Shown: positions 11,501-23,500 of the stretch, piece by piece
Layout: each line of letters starts with the position of its first letter
Position numbering within the stretch: position 1 is the first letter of the stretch
Source of the DNA: Callorhinchus milii
Taxonomy: Eukaryota
Assembly (NCBI RefSeq): GCF_018977255.1
Contig: NW_024704752.1
Location: forward strand, 16,988,001 to 17,052,000
Length of the DNA stretch: 64,000 nt
Reading direction: 5' to 3'
Notes under the pieces: model-generated
The model's database searches: none
The model's input: the letters and a program-made list of their open reading frames with translations, nothing else
What the model was told of the DNA's origin: nothing
Program-made: the position numbers and the translations under genes

Positions 11501-14500
11501 CGCCTTGCTTCCTCCCTTTCCTCCTTCAAGGCCGGTCTCAAAACCTTTCTCTTTGACCGTGCCTTCAGCTCCCCTCTCGACTCTCTTCCTCCTCCTCGCT
11601 CCCTCCCTTCCCTCCCCTCACCCTGACCATTTCCCCCCTCCTCTCTCCCTCCCTTCCCTCCCCTCACCCTGACCATTTCCCCCTCCTCTCTCCCTCCCTT
11701 CCCTCCCCTCACCCTGACCATTTCCCCCCTGCTCGGGTCATGACCCAACTGTGCAGCGCCTTGGGACGTCCTCCTGACGTGAAAGGCGCTCTATAAATGG
11801 AATCTTGTTGTTGTTGTTGTTGTTGTTGAAGCCCAAAGCAAATTTTGGAATCACTATTTTATCTCTTCAGCCTTTTGGATTTGATGTCGGCTCGACTTTC
11901 ATTTTTTTTTAATCCACTCTGTCGCTTTTTTTCTGAGCCTGAGTGAAATTTCACCCCCTCCCCATCCCATTGCCAGTCCTTGTTTTATTCTTACTGTTTA
12001 TTTCCACCCTCTCTGAACAAGAGCTCTGCTTTCTCTTTGGGATGCTGATTGGCTTACTGTGGACTTCCAGCATTTCTGTTTTGCATTTCTGGTGCCAGAC
12101 ATTTTCTTTGATTTTATAAAATATTCAAAAGAATGAATACAAAGTTGATGACTCTAGTGTAGCCTACCTTAATAATATATAATAATAATGTTTACATTTA
12201 ATTATAGTGCTTTATCATGTACTCGAGACATTTCAAAGGACTTCACAGGATTTTACTGTGAAGTGCGATGATTTTGTAACTATAGATATAATTGTGCATT
12301 TACAATTCTGTTTTTTTTAAAATTAAATATTGAATTGACTTCCTCACATTTACAACTACATTTGAGGTAATTCGGCTGTGTCATAATATAGGTATAACAT
12401 TAAAATTGTATCAAAGGGAAGCCTCATATATGAAAGTGTAACACTGTAGATGTAGATGTTATTTAGTTTTCTAACTCATAAATGCTTATAAATACTTGAG
12501 AGTTTGACTTGTTAATCATTTGGTTTATTTATAACTTTGTATTTGCTGTATTTTATTAATCCACGAGTGTTTGTGAGATATTACTGCGCGCAATTGACTG
12601 CCGCGTTTCACCCACAGAATATACAGTCAATTCAGTTTACAGTATATTCTGTGAAGTGCTTTGAGATGTCTCAAAGATGTAATAAGGCCCTATATCAAAT
12701 GTAAGGATTATTATTATTATTTCCATAAACAGCATTTTATTTTGAATTGACATATAGTTTGATTTGCTGCACATGGCATGTCAATTTTGGAAACAACGAT
12801 TAAATAATTAATTAGAATCATTTGGCTTTTCAGTCTGTTCCCAGTGTGTTCATCAAAAGCATTTTTTGAGGGAGAAGATAGGTTTGAAAGGGGTTAAGTC
12901 TATTAACTTTGTTTATATAAAAGCTTACTTTTCTTGTATTTTTTCCATGTAGGATGTTGAGGAAGTGTATACTGGCGATATCTGTGCCTTGTTTGGGATT
13001 GATTGTGCTAGTGGTGACACATTTACTGCTAAAGCCCTCACCCACCTATCAATGGTAAGAAAAAGAACATTGCATAACAACATTTATAATAATAAAAATA
13101 ACAAAAAGACTGCTTTTTTAAAAAAAAAGATATTGGCTGTTATGAGGACTTCATTCCTAATCAAGCAAGAATAATAAACTGGTACAGCTGGTTTTGAGGC
13201 AGGAGAAAGTAAAGACATGTAAAAGCATATAGCAAGAATTTCACAGGCATGTAAAACTTCAAAACATAAAATGATTCCACTAAGAAAAGGGTACAGCAGC
13301 AGACCATTGCAAAATAACGTTGCAGTCTATCTGGCAAGATGATAACATAAAAAGTCTGATTCCACTGCCTCCCCCGGTTAGTCTGTTCCACATACTCATC
13401 TCCCCGGTAAAATAATGAAATCCGAACTGTCCCTTCACCTTCCCCCTCCTCTGCCTGACTCCATGTGCTTGTTCCCGCACAAAATTGACAGAAAAAACTG
13501 CAATCCTTAGCCTGTCCAAGAGGTGGGGTGGGCCATTTTGGGGGGGAAAAATGTATGTGAAAGTTATATACTATTCAGCAGATTATTAGAGCTACATTGG
13601 AGAGGTGAGGATTACAGGAGCTTATGTGCAAATTACCAGTGGAGCTGTAAAATGTGGAGAGAAGAAATCTCTTGTTCATCATAGTTGACTCCAGTTGATT
13701 AGAAATCTGTGCTTCTTTAACGTTTGTTCATAATGAAAATGCCCCGAAGCGGTTGTAAACGATAAAGGTAATTTTAGTAAAAGCAGGAACTTTATGTGTG
13801 GAAATTTGTAACAGCAACTGGAGCAGAGAAAAATAGGTGCTGTGTAGCAACAGCTTTCATGAGGATCAACTATGTGCCCAGGTGACTTTGCTGCTAAAAT
13901 ATCCAGACATTTTCTGAGATAAAGAATAATAAATGGGGCAATATGGTTCATATTTTCTAACTCCTATGCCCTTAGTTGCTGCCTCAGCCTCTGCATTTCA
14001 CTGCGAAAAATAGTATTTAATTTCAACAGAGTAAGAATGAGTATTAGTGGGCTGCCTAGAAGGCTGAATGGATTCATTTAATGCATGATTTAATCATGGG
14101 AATGTCCCACTTTCATCATAGGTCAGCTTCACCTTAGCAAGGATCCCGATGGCCCATTGCTGTTCTTCTTGTGTGTTAAAATGAACTTGATTGGATTGGG
14201 TGGCCTTTTGTAATTCACTGTATAATCTCCCAAAGTAAGAGTCGCTGTTCGGATGATGTACCTGAAAACTGTCTGCAGTCTGCAGAACTGTGGGGGGTGG
14301 GGGAATTCAGGAGGTCCTATAGTTTTATGAAAGAACACTGCAGCTATAAAAATACCTTCAATTCCTAAATTTAACTCTTAACTGGAGTTGTCGTTGTGTT
14401 GAAGTCCTATGGCTGTGAACCCTTGTTTGTGAGTGATTCTGTAACCACTGCACCTTTTCATTAAAAAGCTAAAGGTGCATTGCTGCTAAAGTCTATTTAG

Positions 14501-17500
14501 CTGCAAATATTGCATCACTGAACATCTGGACAGCACTTTTCAATAGTGATAACTAGGTTGACATTGGGCTGCAAAATTAAGCAAGTATTTTCTCCTGCAC
14601 TTGTTGCTTGCAACCGTCTAGCAACATTCTAGCTTGCTGAACACAGAACAAAGATCAAACCTTGCACCTTTGTGACTCATTTTCCTTTGGACTGCTTATT
14701 TTGGTCAATTTATATATTTTTAAAAAATCAATTGTATTGCATTTCGAGGGGGCAAATATGCCATGTCACCAGTGGATGCTGATTAAGAATATTGACAGTT
14801 TAACGCCCTCCTCGCCGGTCTCCCATCCACTACCATCCGTAAAATCCAAATCATTCAAAACTCTGCCGCCCGCATTCTCACCCGCACCAAACTCCGCTCC
14901 CCGATCACCCCAGTCCTGGCCAGACTGCACTGGCTGCCTATCCCAGAGAGGAACAATTTTAAGATCCTCACCCTTGTATACAAGTCCCTACACTCCTCTG
15001 CACCCCCGACCTCTCTGACCTCCTCTCTCCTCAAAACAGTACCCGTTGCCTTCGTTCCTCCGGGTCTGGCCTCCTCCTCGTCCCCCGTGTCCTCCGCTCC
15101 ACCCTTGGCGGCCGTGCCTTCAGCCACTGCGCCCCGAGGCTCTGGAACTGCCTTCCTCACTCCCTTCCCCTCGCCCCCTCTCTTCCTATTTTCAGGTCTC
15201 TGCTGAAGACTTTTTTTTCGACCGCGCCTTTGGTCACCTTCCTCCCCCTCCCCTTGGCTCGGCCCCGGGATCCGTTACTGTAAAGTGCTCTGAGATGCTG
15301 TCCGACGTGGAGGGCACTCTATATATCCAAGTTGTTGTTAATCAGTTGTTACACTTTATCATGTCTACGCTCTCGAAGACTCGATAAAGCGCTATATCAA
15401 ATGCACAGTATATTATTATTAGGCATTGCACATGAGGAAATTAATTTCCATTTTGTCTCTGTGTGGTACCTCTGTCAGATAGCCTCAGAAATTTGATCTT
15501 GGTAGGAATCATAGACATTAACTGTGTCCTGATATTGCAAAGCAACACATCACTGCAATGGTAAACAGTAACTATCATCCACCTTTATCATTTAATTTTC
15601 CATTGGAAGCCAGAAAAGTTAAATATATTACTGAATTAATTTTTTTTGTTAAGGTAGGAATTTTTAAATCAAAGTCAAATTGATTTGTGCAAATCAGTAT
15701 TTAATTAAAATTAAATTGAATAGTTACACCTCTTATCAGCAACAACATAACCAGATGGAAAATTGCTCGCATTTGAAAAGTGATTAAAAATTGGTAACTC
15801 TTAGAGAATTGCTAACTTTTATTGACTTCACAGCTGTTTCATCTCCTGTTAAACTGACACTGCGAAAGAGTGTTAAACTTACTCTACGAATGTGAACAGG
15901 GTTCACTGTGATTGACAGGAGAACCCCACATGGAAAGCGTAACAAATGTACTTTAGATTGATTTGATTGTTTTAAGTTACTGTATTTTAAAATGTTAGTT
16001 ACTGTGACAGATCGGCAGTAAACTGGTGAGAGCCTCATTTCTGTGCTTCTGAGGTGCAATTAAGTAAAAGAAAAACTTACAATATTTGCCGGTTTTTGAA
16101 TATTATCTCGAACGTATTATATGGATATTTAAACTATCTGCTTTTCCTTTTTTCCTGCCATCCAGGAATCTATTCATGTCCCTGAGCCTGTGATATCAGT
16201 ATCAATAAAACCTACCAATAAGGTAAGTCGAGGCCAGATCCTTTCTAAAAGGTGTCTTCTTCCCCCAACATTGAATGTTACTGTTTTCGCCCACAAACAT
16301 GCTGCACTTCGCTACACCTCAGTATATCCCGTGAAGAGCTTTGAGACATCTCAACGACGTGATAAATGCGAGTATTATCTGGTTTACAGGGATTAAATAA
16401 AAAAAAAGAGAAAGCTTTGTTGTTGCATGATGACCTTTTGATCGCAAAGCCAAAGTCAGTACCAAAAAGTGATTTGAGATAAGACAGGTAACAAGTGTCC
16501 AAAGATAGATATTCCGACTGTGTGCGTGGGCTCACGTTTGGTCTGACCCAGCGGGAGGAATAGTGAGAGAAGTGCTGTCTGTTAATCACTTTCAAACCAA
16601 TAACAGGACGGATAGAGAGAGATACAAACAGAGAGAGGTACAACAACAACGAGATTACATTTGTATAGCTCCTTTCACGTCGGGAGGACGTCCCAAGGCG
16701 CTGGACAGTGACAGCATTTGTGGTTTAGAAATCGAGAAAATGTAAATGTGTATTCTATTCTGTTTCAGAATGATTTGGATAAATTTTCCAAAGGAATTGG
16801 TAGATTTACACGTGAGGATCCCACGTTTAGAATATTTTACGACCCCGAGAGCAGAGAGACGATTGTATCTGGAATGGGAGAATTACACTTGGAAATTTAT
16901 GCACAGGTACCACATTCAGTCTTTTATTCTTTTACTCTTTATATTCTGAATTTGTGCAGTTTGATTACTGAACTCTTTATGTGTTAACTATATCAGTGTT
17001 TCAGAAGTTTAAAATACCTTTTAATTTGAGATATCTAGGGCTTACATAATATGACTTCAGAACAGTGACGTGATAGCAACCATTTATTTCATTTTAAGTG
17101 ATCAGTTTAAGGAAAACTGCTTTGTACGTTTCATGCACAGAAATGCTATCAAACTTGTAGTACTAATTTATTTTAATTTCCAAGTTGGGGAAAGAAAAGT
17201 TTTTCTCGAGTGTCTGATGTTGAATCACCATGATTGAGTACAACATTTGATTTTAATGTTCCTCATATACATTCTTTGTAGCAACCCACTTTGTTGTTTA
17301 GGGCTGCGATGGTGTAAATTGACACGGTTTCCTTTAACCTGATTTGAATAAATGGTTTGCTGCCACTATCTTGGTTAGTTCAAATCAAACCATTTTTGTA
17401 GAACTTGCAAGGGTGAAAAAATGATAGTCCTGCCTCTCCCCAATAAAGATTTGTGTGTTTCACTAAGAGTAGATTCTTGAAGCAGCAGTTTATCTTGTGT

Positions 17501-20500
17501 TGTTTAGACCAGACGATTCCTGACTTCATCTCTAAAGGAAATGATGAGTATGAAATATATTTGATGTAAAGTACCATTTTGTGTCTCCCGTGAGCTATTT
17601 GCTTATCATCAACTCCAGGCAGTAAAAAGTGAGAGCGTTAGGTTATGCTGAATGGGCCAATCTTTCACAAAAGTTTATGACTGATGAGCCATGTTATTGA
17701 GAAAAGCTACCAAATCAAACTTTTTTTGATTTGAATGGTAACTGAAAATTTACATTGGTTTCTAAACAAATAGACAAATGTTGCTGTGATTATCTATGGA
17801 TACTTATTGACAACAAAAGTCACTAAGTTCTGGTACAGGACACCAACTTTGAATCCTGCTCAGTGTTCAGCTGTCTTTTCCTCAAGGATATGCTTTATCT
17901 TGACCAATTGGTATTGGCTGAGCACATCTTCATTTATTTGTTCGATGTTATGAAAGTATCTGTTGTAAACTTTCCTTGACGGGTTTGAAGAAAGCAGACC
18001 TGTGCGCACCTAATTTGTGTTTAAAAATTATGTAATTTATATAACATTCAGAGACTCGAGAAAGAATACAATTGCCCGTGTATAATGGGAAAACCGAAAG
18101 TTGCCTTCAGAGAAACAATATCCGTACCTGTCCCGTAAGTATAGTTTTATTCCTATAAATTAAGTTAAATTGTTATTTTTTTAAATGTACTAAAGTACAT
18201 TTCAGTACTAAAAACAATTGTTGTAAGAAGAATGGAAATACACATTTTTTTTAGATGAAGGAGTTTCTTTTTAAAAGTATTTATTGGCCTAATCGTTTCC
18301 TCCAGGCCTCCAAACAGCTCGGCTATTCTGTCACCTACTTATTTTAAGATGCTATCTAGTGACACGTCTTTGTTTCCAAATGTTCTGGTTTGCGGTTTAG
18401 ATTGCGGTGCACTGGGGCTGCAAAATTGTAGCTGATGTTGAGTGAAATACATCTTTAGCAAAAACATTACCTAAAGCATATGCTTGTCTAATCATATTCT
18501 GGATGACTTTGCATGAATGATTCTTTGTATTGCCCTTGAACAGGACAGTTCTAAAGAATTGTTCAGTTACATAGTTCTTTTGCCAAAACATGAATCGCAA
18601 TTCAGTGTGGGTAATGGAATATATATCTTTTGTGCTTTACTTTCATTTGATCATGTACTGTACTGTACTGCAGGCCAAGCAAGGCAAAGATCATTCTACG
18701 GCCACGTCATGGGCCAAATTTTAGTGAGTTTTGTTGACATTATTTGCAGAAAAAAATGTATGGATTAATCTGCTTTTTAGTAAACGATGCAATCTTGAAT
18801 GACTGAAGCATTCATTGATTATGATTGATCCTCCACCTGCACGGATTAGTGAAAAATTAATGGAGATGGGCAACTCAAACTTCTGTTTTTGAGAACATTT
18901 ATAGAATTGTGCTTACAATAAAAATAAGGGTATTTTGAATGCATTTCTTTATTGATGGTTAGCAATAAAACAATTAGCAATAATAGTACAGCATGTGTGT
19001 TGAGAATATTCGTAGTTTTAGTAATGTGACATTGCTGTAGTTCACTGACTAATCTACTGTTGCATACCATTTGGCTATTTATTTTATGATGATACTCTGC
19101 AACCTTTACACACCACATTTGAAGCCGCGAGTGTTAGCTGGAAGTTTGCATTCAGTTATATCATTGTAGTAAAGTTCTTTTTGAGAGGTTGAGTTATTTT
19201 TATATCCTACAATTGTAATATACATTCTGAGTAACTGACGTTTTATGGGTTGTTGCCGCTCAGATCATAGCAGATCCTTCTTCCATAGCTGACCCTTCGA
19301 CCTTTTCGACTCCAGACCCTTCAACGAGATTTTCATGTTCAGGCACACAATGGTAATTCAGATTCAGTGGTAGATTTGGATACCAGATCACTTCGACAAA
19401 GCAAGTGACTATTTCCTATTCAGAGAAAATGTATTACTGGCATGTAATTGATGCTGGTAAAGTAACTGATTACCTTTAAAGGAAATTCTGTGGCCGCTAG
19501 AAATGGATTAACAATACCTGTGTCGGTATCTCGTGCAGAAGAACGACAAAGATGAAATCGAGGTATTTATCATTCCTTATCTGAGGGATTGGAAAGCCAT
19601 TGTTTAATTAATTATATTAATGATATGAAAGAATTGGCAAGCAAAAGTACAAAAGTAATATTTTAAATGTTGCTCACCTGTTGGTTCATTTTCTGTAAAC
19701 GGGCCATGTTATAGACTAGGCGTTCAGTGGACTTTTCCCACATGATATAACTCGCACCAATCGTAGCCAAGTGCCAGAAAGGCATCATTTCGGAATCTAT
19801 CAATCCAAATTTACCTGAGCAGGGACGAAGAAAAGACGATAAAGAAAATCAAACTCGGAAATTATCTTACACTTCAAATAATTTAGTTTCACAAAAATAC
19901 TCCTATTATTGTAACTTTAAATCATGCTGAACGGTTATCGTTGCTTACTGCTACGTGGCGCAGTAAACTTGAAGCTTCATACCAGGAATATTTGTCGCAA
20001 ATGCAGGAATCTCCTGCTTCATTATCTTCAGGTAAAACTGAAGATCTTTCCTCGCCAGGTCTTTCTGGTATTGTTTACTTGTGTCGCAGTTTACATTTGT
20101 GTATGGTCTTGAGTTCTTTTTGTTGAAGATTACAATAGCTGTACAGTTGCCAATAACCTAGTGCAAGAAATAATTATTATAATTTTACAATTAGTCCATC
20201 CAGTTTTAGCTTTAGCCTTTATATCATTGAGTGGTTATCCCTTTATATCACTCTCATGTTTTTAGCATGTTTAATCATGTTTGGCAGAACAGTGAATGAT
20301 TAACTTTTTTCTACCAAAAATGTGTTATCAAAGAAGAGAATGTACAACAACTTGAGTTTATATGGCACCTATCACACAGGACAGCATCTCAGACGTCTTC
20401 GTAATGATTGAACTCGACGCTCATTATAATATAATGTAAAATAAAAAAGGCTTCTTCTTTGACATAAAATTTGGTACAAACACTTGTAGGTACCATGGTA

Positions 20501-23500
20501 TTGATGTGGCTATTTGATTTTCATACTTACATTTGTAGAGCTGTCTTTATTATCCACTTCAAATTGCAGATGGTGCTTGACTCCTAAATCTGGAATCACC
20601 TGTTGAAAAGAACATTCAACATCATCCGGCAAAAAGTATAATAATAATAATCCTTGCATTTGATTTAGTGTTTTTCACATCTTCTAGACATCTCAAAGCA
20701 TTTCACAGAATATACTGGAAAGTGAATTGACGATATTTGTGGGTGAAACGCGGCAGCCAATTGCGCACAGCAGCGTCCCACAAACAGTCATGGATTGAAG
20801 TGACCAATTTATTATTGGGTTTTTTCTTGAGGGATTTTTATCAGGCGTGTGGAGTAAGGAAACTTGCCCAAGGTTTCACCCTGCTGGGAATCGAACCCAG
20901 GATTCTCGCTTGTTAGGCAAATGTTAGTAATTATTCAAATTATGTTCATTATTCAGTAATTATTCAAATTATGGTTTTAAATTATTGCATTCAACTTATT
21001 TCAAATTGTTATATTCAACAATTATAGCAAATTATTGTTTTTTGATGATTATTTTAATCCTAAAAATTGTATTTACAATTTACGGTGCATTATGTTCGCG
21101 ATTGAGGAAACAAATATCAGGTTCGTTTTAGCAGTAAGTTCATTACAGTTTCAAAACAGTGATACAATAATCCTTGTATAATTTTATAACATGAACACAT
21201 CGTTATAACATTGAGGTCTAATTTCTAATACTTTCTAATACATTTGTGCATTAAGTGTGAGGATAATTGGATCTCCTACAAATACACAGAAACTGCATTT
21301 TCAAGTAAATTCTAAGAAGCTCTTTGAGACATTTCGTCAGCGTGATAAAACTACAGCAAATGACTATTAGTTTATTATTGTTATAACCTCATGTTTGTGA
21401 AACTTCACGTCCAGCTAATCACTAATCCCGAGATCAAAAAAGGCCAGCAAACAAAAAAAATGGCTGTTTCCTGCTTGTTTTTTTTTGAGATATTCATTTC
21501 ACGTAGCACCCTTACAATCTGCAAATTACGGCTACTTCCATACCATCACTTCAGACTATATTTGAACATATTTCCAAAAGATGAAAGTCAGTGTGCTTAA
21601 CCCACTGTTCCAATGATTCTCTAACACTGAAATGTTTTTATGAAAGAAAGATTTTTGTGAAATTGTGCGGTGGAAAATGTTTGAACTGATAACTGATTCA
21701 TTCAGTAACATTTGGTTTCATTCTTAAGATGTTGTTTGAAACTGAAATTTTTAATGCTTAAGGTTTGAAACAATGTAGAAAGTTCTTCGATGTCAAGTGG
21801 CGTGGATTAGAATTATAAAATGGGTTTTGTACTGGATATACAATTTAACCCATGTGGAAATCAAAGCATTTGGACTTTTTTCCAATTCTTCAACTCTTAG
21901 TAAAACTAAGGTGGATCAAGTGCAGATATCCAGTTTAACTGACTTTGAACTGAATAGCTGTAAGCTTTAAATATTTGTAACCAATAGTTTTCCATATTTG
22001 CTATCAATCTTTCATTAAGTTAAAAACAAGAAACTACTGTTGAATTACTGACTGCGTAGGCTAAAACAGAAACCAGAAAATACAATGTAAACTTCTTTCG
22101 TTAAAGTATGATTATCGATGTTAAAAAAAAAAATTGTTTCTAACCCACTATGTTGAAGTATAACAAGCTTTTATGTGTTCAGGTTCCAATTCAGTGAGGT
22201 TCTAATAAACAAAAGCGTTGGCATCTCCCTGTTTATGTGACACGCATTTTAATTCTGTGGTGCAACAATTCTGCTTGCTTTTTGAAATGTTCAACATAAA
22301 TTGTGTTTTTCAACTTGGTAATCTTATTGTAAAGAGGGCGAAGAGCAACAGTGAATTTTCTATTTTAACTGTGCACAGTGTATGAAATAGTGTGTATTAG
22401 TTAGAACACAATTAAGTCGGTCATAATCGATACATTGTTAGGATACGAACGTTTAAGTTTTGCTCACTTTTTAAGTGTTCCTCTTTGGGGTTTTTTTTAA
22501 AAAAAAGGTTCTTACCTCGATGTAATATTTCGTCAGTTCATGTAGTGAGTAAACTGCATTGGGAGATCCATCTTGATAGTTCAGATAATGTACAGCCACT
22601 TTTGCAGCTAGTTCAGCATTGCGAAATGCCAGCTTTGATTTTGAGACACTGGAATAGTTCATAATTTTTGTTTCTCCATGTAATAATGGTAGGAAACAAG
22701 CAACAAAGCACAAAGCCACGTAGTACATGTTTGAGTGTACAAGTCCAGTTGAAGGGGGAATTTTTCAAGTAATCTTTGCTTATGAGGACAGAGTCGTTTG
22801 AGTAGTTGGGTAAGGACTGCCGCTCCCTCCCAGTCTTAATGATTTTGTTTCCAGGCAATAGATGCTGAGATTGTGATGTTTTATGGACTTTATCTTTAGA
22901 ATTGAACCACACACACTATCAGACTTCTGCTTTTGCTCTGTCTCAGCTGCCAGTGATATTGCTAGGCTCTGAATGGAAGGTTGGCTTCATCTGATAATCT
23001 TGTTGTTTTGCTTCCTAAAAAGAGGTGGTTTCCTTTAACTTCTGAACTTGAGCCAAAGTTCATGTTTATAGGCTAAATTCTCAAGTGAATTTTCCATTTA
23101 TTTTATATGTTGATGTCTCACCAGTGAAAAGGACGGAAATTCACTGCACTTTCCTGTGAATTTTTACAAACTTTGCCTTTTATTAATTATATGCATTTAA
23201 TTATAAATATCTTGATGAAATATTTTGTAGTATTGTCCTTTTATTATGTAGGATAAGATTTACATAATGTTGAGTCAAGAAAGTCATTCAACCTATTAAA
23301 GATTTGTGGTTATTCCAGATATTCAAACTTTTACTTGACTGAAATGGTTTTATGTGCACATCAGATTATTTCAACTTTTTGAGAGCGGATTAATTTCAAA
23401 ATTAGTAACAAAAGGATGGAATTATTAGTCGTACTAAGTTCTCATGCTGCAGTAGAAAGCATGCAAAATTAGTATAAGAAATAAGGACATCCTAACCAAT

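Noticed and set aside
10878-11748. Alternative-frame and antisense ORFs within the L2
   Set aside because: Shadow frames of a C-rich RT coding sequence.
16428-16546. Possible intronic C/D-box snoRNA (ATGATGA ... CTGA)
   Set aside because: No terminal stem and no recognisable rRNA guide; expected by chance.
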